A stretch of 64,000 bases of DNA from Macrostomum lignano (taxonomy: Eukaryota), in assembly GCA_002269645.1 (NCBI GenBank), contig NIVC01000020.1, positions 1,485,500-1,549,499 on the forward strand, read 5' to 3'. The notes below the pieces were generated by a model. That model worked only from the letters and a program-made list of their open reading frames with translations, was not told the origin of the DNA and ran no database searches. Shown here in pieces: positions 23,570 through 35,100 of this stretch. A program made the position numbers and the translations under genes. Every line of letters starts with the position of its first letter. The stretch's first letter is position 1.

Positions 23570-24943
23570 ATGCGAGTCCACGCTCTGAGAGGCGTTCTCT
23601 TGGCTTGCTTGATGAAGCTTTGCACCAAGATAACTGAAACGTTATTTACGATAGAAGATCCATCAAACTTTCGGCTGTCGGACGAAGCCGGCTCTTTAAA
23701 TGAATCGTGCCATTTCTCCACTGAGCTATCAGCAACCAACTCTCAAGCATCAATCACTACGTGGATCTACACCTTAAGATACTCACTGCCAGTACTTGGT
23801 GGGCTGATCTCCAGCGTTTGGTTTGGAACTGTTGCCGTACTTCAGATCGGCGGGATTTTTATGCTGCTGTCGACTGTGCTGCTATCCGTATCGGTGTACC
23901 TCGGATTCATGTGCCAAGCATCGCCAATAATTACAGTCACATGGCTACTGCTTCCAGTGTTCTACGGGCTCACTCAACCGAGCATAGTACACTGCATGTT
24001 CAGCTGGTTCAAGCGGCCGAAGTTTTTCACAATTGTATCAGCAACATATTATGCAGTTTCCGTAACCGGAAAATACATCGCGCTGTTGTTGTTGCCACTG
24101 AACAAAGCTGAGTGGTTGGGACCTAATTCGTCTGTCATCTACATTGCAATAAGCGTACTGTTCGTTGCCTTGCCGTCTTTCTTCCCGGTAGTGTCCCGCG
24201 AAGAACCATTCGAAATGCCAACCCTATTTAGAATGAGCAGGTACTTCCAGATCTTCTCTGTCCTCATAATATTCCTTTTTGCCGTCGACGACACCAGATC
24301 TGCTGTCTACGCAACGGAACTTGAGTATTATCTCAACGCGACAGCGAATATCGAGACCTACTTCTGGCTTTCCCCGAAAACACAAAACCTCTCTGCCATG
24401 CTGGTCAGCTGCGTGGCTCTGATAATTGCTGCCTCCATCAGCCGACGGCAGCTTCCCGTTGGGCTTCGGATGCAGGCCGGGATCCTCCTCGGAGCTGCGG
24501 TTGCAGCGAGTCTCACCGTCTTCACCGCGGTCGCTAAAAAGCCCGGCTACTCGGCTGTGGTCACTGTTTACACGGCAGCCTCTATCCTAGATGCAGCTGC
24601 TGAGGTTCTGGTCATGACCGGTGCCTACGACCTGCTTCAGCAGATTACGCCTGGTGGTACCGAGTCTTTCGTCATCGGGATCATGTTCACTGTGTGGGGT
24701 CTGGCCAACCTCGCTAGCCAGGTGGCCCTTCTAACGATGTCTCGATGGCTGCAGCCGCTGGACGACGATCATCCCAAACTGTTTGTGTACCACCTCGTGT
24801 CGGTCATGCTGCTTCTGGTCTGCTCTGCTTACCACAAAATCATTGCTCTGCCTCTGGCAGCTCAGGTGACCCCTACAGAAATATTGAATGAGGAAGAGAC
24901 AGTAAGTGAGCTGCAACCTCTGCTGAGTTCAGATGACGTATGA
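23570..24943 (+). CDS. SLC15/POT-like transporter, copy 6, 457 aa
   Basis: MKLCTK, DPSNF, YSLPVLGGLISSVWFG, FMCQASP, DAAAEVL and LFVYHL are all present. AATAAA lies at ~24966. Confidence 0.8.
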   Translation: MRVHALRGVLLACLMKLCTKITETLFTIEDPSNFRLSDEAGSLNESCHFSTELSATNSQASITTWIYTLRYSLPVLGGLISSVWFGTVAVLQIGGIFMLLSTVLLSVSVYLGFMCQASPIITVTWLLLPVFYGLTQPSIVHCMFSWFKRPKFFTIVSATYYAVSVTGKYIALLLLPLNKAEWLGPNSSVIYIAISVLFVALPSFFPVVSREEPFEMPTLFRMSRYFQIFSVLIIFLFAVDDTRSAVYATELEYYLNATANIETYFWLSPKTQNLSAMLVSCVALIIAASISRRQLPVGLRMQAGILLGAAVAASLTVFTAVAKKPGYSAVVTVYTAASILDAAAEVLVMTGAYDLLQQITPGGTESFVIGIMFTVWGLANLASQVALLTMSRWLQPLDDDHPKLFVYHLVSVMLLLVCSAYHKIIALPLAAQVTPTEILNEEETVSELQPLLSSDDV

Positions 24944-25925
24944 AAGTGACAGATCGATTTTGTCAATAAAGAAATTTACTGTTTTTATGTGTAATACATT
25001 TAGTCGATTTCGACATGCAGTTTTCTCTTTCTGAATGACACCCAAAAGTTCAGTTGTGTTCTACTTGACTTTGTAAACTTTCTGTAGCGACTAAAATACT
25101 ACCTCTGATGGATAGAAAATGCTGAAAAAATACTCAATTTGTTCATTCGACTAGTTATAGCTTATTGCATCAAAAACGACCTCGATTTTAAGGAGTTCAG
25201 AAATGAATTTGGAATTCTGGACCTAAGGTGTCACCTGTAGAGAGCGAAGCCGAGAGAGAGAAAGTTATGTGTTGTGTGTAGCCGATAAAGCCTCAATCCA
25301 TTGTAGGCTCTGTGCGATCGATTTATATATTTAGCAGCGACCCTGCAGTCGAGACTGCGTACATTAAAAACAGAAAGCCAAGAATATTGGATGTACATCG
25401 GAAATGCACACCAGGACTAAAAACACTTATTATGCAAGCACTGGGCAGCAGGTGCCTACAATTCTCCCCAACCAGAGAGATCCCAGGGGATAAAAAAAAC
25501 GAGCTCAATTACTCTGTTACTACCGGCCCAAACCCCAAAGCAATCAAAGCGGCCCGCCCACGCACAAAAACCCTAGGATCACAATTTGTAGCTGAGCACT
25601 CTGTTACGGGCAGCTCTTGGATGTTCTCGCGTGGCGATGCTACCGCTGGGTAGACCGGCGGGCTCTCCGGCAGGTTGGCCGGCAGGTTGGCCGGCAGGTT
25701 CGCCGGCAGGTTGGCCGGCAGGTTGGCCGGCAGGCTCTCCGGCAGGCTGGCCGGCAGGCTGGCCGGCAGGCTGGCCGGCAGGCTCTCCGGCAGGTTGGCC
25801 GGCAGGCTCTCCGACCAGGGGCCGCCGCTGTAGAGACGTGGCGCATGCAGGACTGTTCGCCGCGTTGCAGGACACACGTGTCTCCCTGGACCTGCTTGAC
25901 TGTCCAAGGATGTGGCTCGAACGGC

Positions 25926-28900
25926 TTGACTTACTTGACTTAGCTGCAGGGTGGTCCGTAGACACAGCGGGGAGGCGAGGGTCGCCCATTCCGCTAGCCC
26001 CTGAAGGCCCGCAGACAGGCAGAGGCGTGGGGCCGGTCAGGGTGGTCCGCCGGTCCGTCCTGCAGCGTGATCTTCCGTTGGGAAGAAACTGGCTCGTCTA
26101 GTCGCCCGAAGGAACTGGATGAGCCGTGGGATGCTGTCGGGCTGGCAAACCTCGTCAATGGACGGGTTCGGCCCGAGGTAGCGTAGCCGGTCTCTGTTAA
26201 AGAAAGGGCAGTGACAGACAAAGTGCTGAGCATCTTCATTGTGGCACTCGCAAAAGGGGCAAATTTCGCTCTCGAGGTCGCCTCGGAGGAAGCAGTGCCT
26301 GGCGAGGTAGCCATGGCCGGTAAGGGTCATGACAAGGGCTCGAATATCCTTCCGATTCTGGTTCAGAAGGATGTTTCTGAGCCTGTGAGACGGGCAAGGA
26401 ACCGCGGCACGAGATTGCCGGCAGTTTTGGGTGCCCGCCCATCTGTCCCTGTGGAGGGAGTCAGCCCAGTCGTCGATCTGACGATTGATGACTGTCAAGG
26501 GCATAGGGACCAGGGGGGCAGGGCCGAAGAAAGAGCCAGAGCCGCCCCTCTTGGCGAGGGTGTCTGCCAGCTCGTTCCCCGGAAACCCTGCGTGCCCTGG
26601 GATCCACTTCAGCCTGACAGTATTGCTTCTGGCCAGGAGGTTGAGCTGCCGGGCGCAGTCGGCGACTGTCCGGGAGTTCGTTGTGGTGTGGCAAAGGGCC
26701 TGTAAGGCCGCTTGGTTGTCGGAGTGGATGACAATAGTCTTTCCTCTCGTAACCTTGGCGTTCAGCTCTGCAGCGCAAGAGCTGATGGCAAGGACTTCGT
26801 TCTGGAAGACTGTGGAGAGTCTACCAGTGTGCTGGGCATGCGTGGCAATTACGCGGCCGTTGATGATGATGCAGACCCCAAAGCCGGCGCGACCGTCTTT
26901 GATGGATCCGTCCGTGTAGCAATGGACCTCCTGGAAATTCCAGTGGTCATTGGCAGCATCCCTAGAGGGGATGGTGACCTTGTAGCGCTGAAAGAGGTTG
27001 AGAGTGCGGGGTTCGCCGTCAGATAGGACGTGGAGCCCGCCGCTGTCTCTCAAGTCCTTGAGGCAGAGGTCAGCGTGGGGCAGAAGCTTGCGCTTAGCCA
27101 TGGCCCTATGGGGCTGGATTCGAATGCCAGCGTCAGCTAGACGGCGGGCAGTCTTAGCCGCTTCCCTGCGGACAAAGATGTCCAGCGGAGGAATGTTGAG
27201 GAAGGCGTTGAGGCCATCGTAAGGAGCAGACGGAGGGGCGCTCATGATCGTGCGACAAGCGCGCCCTTGCGCTCTCCTGAGAGCCTCTGGACAGGTCTTT
27301 ATCTGCAGGGCGCTAGCCCAGATCAGGCCGCCATACGAGATAGCGGGCCTAACCATTGCAGTGTAGATCCACCAGAGGCGCTTGGGGGTGAGCCCCAGGT
27401 GGTGCCGACAGCCCTGCGCAATTGCGCGAGGACTGCGAAGGCCTTTTTGGCTTTTGTTTGAACGTAGGGTGACCAGTTCAGCCTGTGGTCCAGGGTAATA
27501 CCCAGACATTTAGTCTGCTTGCAGAAGGGGATTTCCCTTCCGTAAAGCGTGAGCGGCCGAATCTGCCACTTGGTCCTGCTGGTGAACATGATCGCTGCGG
27601 TCTTAGTCTCAGAGAGCCTTAAACCACAGCGGTCCGCCCATTGCTCAGCAGCGTAGATGAAGTTCTGAAGAAGGTCCCTGAGGGTATCAGGGACGGACCA
27701 GATGCCACCGCGGTGACATCGTCCGCATATCCAACTTTCAGAATCGGGTCAGGCCGAACATCCCGAAGGAGCTCATCGATGACCATATTCCAGAGAACTG
27801 GAGACAGCACCCCACCTTGCGGGCTACCTTTGCAGACGGGGACCGTCCTCTGGTAGCCCAGCAGACTGGCGGTGGCCGTGCGATGGCTGATCATGTACAT
27901 GATCCATCTGGTGAGATGTGAGTGCGTTTGCCTCTCACAAAGAGCTCTTCGGAACGCCTCAAAGAGGACGTTATCGAAGGCGCCAATGATGTCCAGGAAG
28001 ATCCCCAGAGCAAAGCCATTACCAAGCACGGCCTTCTCGAGTTTATCGACCAGGACGTGCAGCGCGCTTTCAGTGGAGCGACCCGCCCGAAAAGCGTGCT
28101 GGTTCTCGCTGAGAGGTTTGTTCTTCAGCTCAACAGAGAGAAGGCGCCAAAGCACCAGTCTCTCCATCAGCTTGACCAGGGAGGAGGTCAAGCTGATCGG
28201 TCTGAAGGATTTGATAGAATGGTAGTCCGGGCGGCCTGGCTTAGGGATAAAGATCACCTTTGTCTCGGTCCATGCCTGTGGGACATAACCAAGCGTGATG
28301 CATGCCCGAAGAAGGCTGCAAAGTTTGCGCAGGAAGCCTGGGCATTTAACCGCCTCTCTTAGAAGGGCCGGTACAATGCCGTCGGGTCCTGGGGCTTTGA
28401 AAGGCTTGAAGGAATTTGCCGCTCTCACAATGCGGTCCTCCGTGATGATAGAGGCAGCCAGCGCGTGACCTCCCTCCGAGTGATCCGGAGTGGTCTGGTT
28501 AGCTGGCTCGTTGGGAAAAACGCAGTGAGCATTACATCAAGCGTTTCCCCTGGGTTGTCCGTGGACGTACCGTCGGTGCGTTTGACCGAGGAGAGCTTAG
28601 ACATTTTGTCCAGCGTGAGCGCTTTCACAACTCTGGAGGTGGGGCGTGAGCCCTCTAGCTCCTCACAGTATTGTCGCCATTTTTGAGCCTTTGCATTCCT
28701 AACCTGCCTTTTAAACTCATGAATTGCTTCATGATAGGCGGTTTGGTCTGCAGGGCTCTTAGTTTTAGTTGCTCTGCGGTGGAGTCTCTTAGCCCTGCGA
28801 CGGAGGTTGCCGAGCTCGGGATTCCACCACGGCGCCGATTTTTTCCCTTTATAGGCTTTTAAAGGGCAGGACGCCTCAAAGGCGGCGGTTAGCGTCTCTG

Positions 28901-31665
28901 TCAAAACAGTCGCGCACTCATCCGCCTCTCGGCACGACGTGATCGTGGATGGTTGGCCAGGAGACCGATGGAATTCCTTCAGGGCGAGCCCGAAGGTTTC
29001 CCAATCCGTATTTCTGGCGTTCCGTCTCCACGTAACACGAGTTGCGCTACGCGCGGCCATTAGGTTGAAGGAGATGAACTTGTGATCCGAGAGTGAGGAC
29101 ACTGAAGCACCCGCCACGCCCCAATACTCTGGTAGAGTCTGGGCGTTGCGAGCGTAGCGTCGATCACCTCCGACCACCGTCCGTTGTCAAAGGTAGGGGT
29201 GGACCCAGAGTTGCAGAACTCGAGGGTCGTAGAGGCAACGTAGGCTAGGAGGTCTTCGCCTCTCTGATTAATGCCAGTGCTGCCCCAGTGAGTGTGGTGG
29301 GCGTTGATGTCGCCGGCAACCATGAGCTCGTAGTTTTTGGCAGAGCAGAGCTCTACCAGCGTAGCGAGGGCTCTGGGGACGACCGCAGCATCGCCTGGTA
29401 GGTAGACCGAGGCTATGAGGGTGGTCTTCCCTGGAAGAAGGTCCTCGGATTAGATGACGCAGATGTCCCTGTTGGACAGGTCCGATCTGAGCCACGCACT
29501 GAGCATTTTAATCGTAAAGATGCAAGCTCTGGGAGGCTGGTTGGCCTCGAGGGTAGTATAAAAACAATTGTAGCCGCAGGGGCGTTTGAGACTTACCCTT
29601 TGAGGTCCAGAGTTCCTGGACGAGATGAGCCCCGGCGTGTCGAGCTCGGCGTAACGCATAAGGTTGACCGAAGCTGCGACGCAGTGTTGCAGATTAATCT
29701 GCAAGCAGTGGATTCCCTGGCTGCTGATCATTGTCACGCAGTTGGGGAATCGTTGAGCAGGTCATCCTCCTCCTTTTCAGTGGTGGGTGACCCGCAGACC
29801 TCCATGGGAGTTTCAGCGTCCTCAGCAGTTAGGGTGGCTGTGGAGTCCTCCGCGGACGTGAGCCCAGCGTGGACGTTGCCGTCGCCTCCCCTGCGTGCTT
29901 CGGTGCTGTCACTGCCCGTCCCCTCTGCCTCGTCGGTCAGGTCGATGCGGGTGGCGCCAGCCTCCTGGTGAGTCACAGACTCGAACCAGTCGGTCGGAGC
30001 CTCCCCACTTAGAGTCTGGCCTTCTGGCTGTTGGGGTGGAGCGCGAGAAGCGCGGGCCCGCTCACGATGCGCACGAAGGTTTTGGCCTGGTCCAGCGCGC
30101 GCTGGATCAGGCCGGACCTCCGGGTGCTCCTGGCGGGTCTGCGATTGCGATTTCCGGTTTCAGCAGCGCGAACTGCCTTACCGGGCATAGGATCGGCCGT
30201 TTGCCTCGGCTTCTTTGCCGGAGGAGCCTGGGCCCCAGTTTCGGTTTCGGAAGCTTTGGCATTCTTGGCTTCATCAGCTTTCCGCTCCTCGCAACGGAGG
30301 ATGGTCAGCTGAGTCAGACCAATATGAATTGTGGACTTAGGCGGCAAGCGCTTAGCCCAGTCATCAGAGAGCCCTAGGATCACCGTGGCCCCCTTCTCCT
30401 TGCGGGAAGTGGCGTGGTGTAGGAGCCCGTTGACCTCAAGGTCGGGGTGCAGCTTTAGCAATATTTGCCTAAGCTGATCTCCGGACTTAATGGCACTGCC
30501 GGCCGGGATCCAGACGCGAAAGCGCTGGGTCTTCTGTCGTTCGCCCTCGCTGGCGAAGACGAGCTTGCCGAGCTTCTTGGGCCAGTTCAGCTTTGGCAGA
30601 AGCTCGCGTAGATTGCGGCTGCTCTCCTCCGAGCTGCACCAGATGAAGATGCAGCCGTCGGTCTTGGCAGACTTGACCACGCTCACAGGGCGGCCCGCCA
30701 GGAGCTGGTCGATGAGCGCAGCATCGATGGTGCGCCAGGCACTGTCGAGCTCGTCGGCCGTGAGGTCCTGCTCTTCCCCGAAGACGATGACCGCCGGTTG
30801 GAGCTTGACCTTTGAGGCGTAGTTGGTGGCGGCGGTTCCCGAAGGCCCGGCCGCGCTTGTAGCAGGTATACTGGGTGGCTCACCAGCGGGGGTTGTATCC
30901 TGGGGGGCAGGGGTTGCTGTGGTTCCTTTCGGCCCAACAGCAGCCTCGCCCTCCCTAGGTTCCCCTCCGCCGGTGGCCGGCCCGCAGTACCCCGTAGTCG
31001 CCGTCGCCGCTCGTTGCGGCGTTGGTTGCGGGTGCGTCGGGCTTCAGCGGAGGGCCCGGTCGCGCGTGCGGGCATGTCACCGGCCGAGCCGGCGGCAAGC
31101 CCATCTGCCCCCGGTGGGGCGGCGCTGGTGCCAGAGTCACCGGCCGGAGTTGCCGGGGCCCCGGCTTCAGCGGGGGTTAAAGAGGCGGATGACGCCATAG
31201 CTGAAAGCGGGAAGGAGTGAGCTGAGTCACAAAAGAAAGAGGAAAGAAGAAAAAGAAAAGGACCGCTAGCGACCGGACAACCCCCCGGCCTTCCAGCCCA
31301 TCGGCACGGTCAAACACCTTAGGCATTAGGGGGTACGTTAAGCAGTACCACGGCCTGCAGGCTGGCAAGCCAGACCCGCATACCCAAATTCGGCCGAAGC
31401 CACTGGATGGGTCGCCAGCGTCGGAGCCCAGTCTGTCCAGCAGCCCTAGGGTCTGCCTTGAACACACGCGGGGACGAGTACCCTGGGTCGACTTGTGAAA
31501 CAGCGTGAGGGGGGGTCTGCGGCTGCCAGCGGCAAATAGCGGGTGCAGACCTCCCTCTCCAGCCTTGACCTGCTGAAGATAGGGGCAGGCGTGAAGCATC
31601 GCAGACCGTAGCCCATAGGCCTGGTCTGTCTCATACTTCACTGGCGTGCTGAATACACCTTCGCG
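25926..31665 (-). mobile_element. Full-length non-LTR retrotransposon of LOA/R1 type (ORF1 + APE-RT-RNase H), frameshifted
   Basis: APE LQINLQH...GDINAH; RT FRPISL, QHAFRAGRSTE, FLDIIGAFD, PQGGVLSP, YADD; RNase H YTDGS, EVLAI, SDNQAA, WIPGH...GNELAD; C-terminal CPFC...H...C; AAGTC/AAGT tail. ORF1 lies at ~29734-31198. Confidence 0.92.
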
Positions 31666-32120
31666 TACTACCGGCCCAAACCCCAAAGCAATCAAAGCGG
31701 CCCGCCCACGCACAAAAACCCTAGGATCACAATTTGTAGCTGAGCACTCTGTTACGGGCAGCTCTTGGATGTTCTCGCGTGGCGATGCTACCGCTGGGTA
31801 GACCGGCGGGCTCTCCGGCAGGTTGGCCGGCAGGTTGGCCGGCAGGTTGGCCGGCAGGTTGGCCGGCAGGTTGGCCGGCAGGCTGGCCGGCAGGTTGGCC
31901 GGCAGGCTCTCCGGCAGGCTCTCCGGCAGGCTGGCCGGCAGGTTGGCCGGCAGGCTCTCCGGCAGGTTGGCCGGCAGGCTCTCCGGCAGGTTGGCCGGCA
32001 GGCTCTCCGACCAGGGGCCGCAGCTGCGAGACGTGGCGCATGCAGGACTGTTCGCCGCGTTGCAGGACACCCGTGTCTCCCTGGACCTGCTTGACTGTCC
32101 AAGGATGTGGCTCGAACGGC
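31666..32120. repeat. Direct duplicate of 25518-25925 flanking the LINE; contains a coding 12-bp minisatellite (CAGG[T/C][T/C][G/T][G/C]CCGG)
   Basis: Both copies run TACTACCGGCCC...CTCGAACGGC. The left copy has 13 repeat units and the right has 17. Confidence 0.92.
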
Positions 32121-35100
32121 AGCTGCAGTTTGTTACGTGGCTGCTTCTTTCGCAGAACTTTGTTGCCGACTCTGACGCCGTGCTCCTTGACACCCTTGCG
32201 ATCATCGAAGCGCGCCTTCATGTCTTGGACATAGTTTCTGTGCCAGCTCTGCACCTCTTCATGGTTAACGTCGATGAGCTGTGATGGTTTGATGGTCGGG
32301 ATGCCGTCGTTCATCGTCCTGCCCATGAGTAGCTCAGCGGGTGCGCGGCCGGTCGCTCGATGTGTCGTGCGGAACGCCAACAGCCAGTCCTCGATAGCCT
32401 CCCGCCAGTTACGACCTTCGGCCACTGCCGTCTGAATCACTTTCCCGATGCTGCGGTTGACTCGCTCCGTCGCTCCATTGGATTCTGGGTGCAGCGGGCA
32501 GATGAGGCGGTGGTGAATGCCGTACGAAGCGAGGAAGCTGCGGAAAGCTGCCGAGCTGAATGGCGGGCCGTTGTCGGTGACCACCTCAATCGGGACGCCG
32601 TATCTGCCGAACAGCCTCCGCAGGTGGGGGATCACGCTCTCTGCCGTCGTCGAGTTGAGAAAATTGACTTCTGGGTATTTTGAATACAAGTCGGTGGTGA
32701 CCAGGAGCATCTGGCTTTGCACTGGGCCGTAGAAATCCATACCTAGTAGCAGCCAGGCACCGTCCGGAATATCTGTCGGCCTCAATGATGTCTGTCGCAA
32801 TCCGGTGGCCGCAGCCTGGCACAGTGTGCAGACGTCGGATGGGTATTTGTCGGGGTTGTACAGCGCGAACACATCCTCGTTGACGGAGCCGTCGGCAGCT
32901 GTGAATACAGCATTGGTGCTGATTTGCTGCTGTGGGATCCGGCTGCTGTTTGACTGCCGAGGCTGACGGCAGGCAAGAGCGAGGTGGTTGGGCTTACCGC
33001 AGTTGTGGCAGATCTTGCCCTTGGCAGCGTCGCAGGTAGCGTGGCCTTTCTCGCCGCAGCGGTAGCAGGTGCGCTGCTGCTGGTCGCCGGGCCTGCTGGT
33101 CGTCTGAGCCGGGCCACGCCTGTTCGTTCTCACCTTGTCTCACCTTGCGAGTCTGTCTTCTCCATCTGGGTGGCTTGTTCCTCTGCAGCCTCGAATGCCC
33201 TCGCCTTTCGCAAGGCCTCTTCCAGGCTGATGTTCGCCTCCTGAAGCAGCCGACTGCGCAGCTTGTCAGAGCTGCAGGTTGCCACGAGCTGGTCTCTGAT
33301 GAGCGAGTCCTTCAGCTGCTCGAAGTCGCACGGCTCTGCCGCAGTGCGCAGTCTGGCGTACCAGGACTCGATGGACTCTCCGGTGGCCTGGGTGCATAGG
33401 CGGAACTGATATCTGGCGAATACTATGTTCTTTCTTCCGTTGAAGAATGTCTTCAAAGCGTCCAGCGTATGCTTGAGGGTGACTTGGCCGTCCTCTGTGG
33501 CCGCTGCAGGCTTGGCCTCCTCGCGGATGATGTCGGCGATTTCCTTGCCTGCTGTGTAGCTGAGTAGTTTGCACTTTTGCTTCTCGTTGGTGATGCCTGA
33601 TGCATCGATGAAGTCTTCAAAGCGGTCCGCCCATTGACTCCAGCGCTTGCCCGCGTTGTGTGGGTCTGCTGATACTGAGAATGGCTCAGGTGGGGGCAGT
33701 GAGAGAAAGTTGGCTGCCATGATTTGTTTACCGCGCGGTAGGCGGCTTGCGACGCCACTGTAGAGAGCGAAGCCGAGAGAGAGAAAGTTATGTGTTGTGT
33801 GCAGCCGATAAAGCCTCAATCCATTGTAGGCTCTGTGCGATCGATTTATATATTTAGCAGCGACCCTGCAGTCGAGACTGCGTACATTAAAAACAGAAAG
33901 CCAAGAATATTGGATGTACATCGGAAATGCACACCAGGACTAAAAACACTTATTATGCAAGCACTGGGCAGCAGGTGCCTACATCACCAATGTGTAATAA
34001 CTGTATCGCAGTGTTGCCTTATAGACTCAGAAAAGCCTCAAAACTGCCTCTAACTCGTATTTCTTGGAGTCATTTTGTTCTTGAAAAAAGTCGATTCAGT
34101 AAAGTCCGACCAATTTTAGCAGCACTAATAACAGTTGCGGAAACATGAAATCTGTTATCTACGAAACTTAATAATTTCATACATACTGCATCGGATCAAG
34201 CGGATGTCTTGCGCTGGCTTAGGCGGGAGGCGCTGTTTATGCCTCATGTCCCAATGGGCCCTGGTGCAACAAGATACTTGCTATAGACAGCCGTTCTGCA
34301 TTGCGCATTCCATGCACGAGATTAAGCATATGGGGCAACTTGATCTTGATTAGACAAAAATTTCAAAACAGGACGCTTTGTTTTCCATACATGTACAAGG
34401 CCTTGTTAATCAGGAGAGGGCTGCATGGCTTCGCCACAAACTATCTTCAGCAGATGTTTCGCTTATCATAACCTCGCTGATTCCTAGTTCAAGTGCAGCT
34501 CCACTTGCCGCGCACCAGGACGCAAATGAATTCTCAAAAAAGTTTGTCAGGACTCAGTAAGAATTTACTGCCAAAAAATTCCCTTGGAGTCCTATGAACT
34601 GTTGCGCGACACTTAAAAAATCCATCGAGGAAGTTTTATACGAACGCATTTTTTAAGAGAACCTTTGTCTTTCGGTCAGCATTTTTGCCTACGAAGATTA
34701 CACGAGCTATACTAGAGTGCATACGAAAGTGTTATAATAGGCTTTAATATACGGCTTCTCAGCGCCGGGGCACCGGCAAGAGAGTTTGAAACACGCATTC
34801 CCCGAGGGACGCGCTTTTGTAACCATGGACGGGGCATATTTACTGATGTCAGTAGCATGCTGCGCAACTCTGCCCATTTAACCAAGTCAAAGCCACTCTC
34901 CCACCCACTCTCCACCACTCTCTCTAAAATACTCTACCACCAACTCTGTCACCATTCTTTCTGCATCCACTCCAATAAAGGACTACTCAGTTAGGAGAGG
35001 AAACTATGTTTCTTGGAAAAATTTAGGGGGCAGGTTATATCGAAAAAACCATTAATGAGAATGGAGGTTAATCACTTTTTCAGCACAAAATTTGTAAAAA

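Larger units (their letters stand above)
25236..33983 (-). mobile_element. Ty3/Gypsy (Mag-like) LTR retrotransposon, non-autonomous: gag + integrase only
   Basis: 225-bp TG...CA LTRs at 25236-25460 and 33759-33983 (one difference seen), with a 5-bp TSD TCACC, a PBS TGGCGTCGC and a PPT GGTTGGGGAGAA. Gag starts at 33720 (PPEPF...RDQLV), with two CCHC knuckles. The integrase has the D,D35E core (MDFYGP, VTDNGPPF, ESNGATER). Confidence 0.92.

Noticed and set aside
33120-33140. Programmed ribosomal frameshift between gag and the downstream ORF
   Set aside because: The break falls inside gag before the zinc knuckles and has no slippery heptamer. A 1-bp deletion or sequencing error is more likely.
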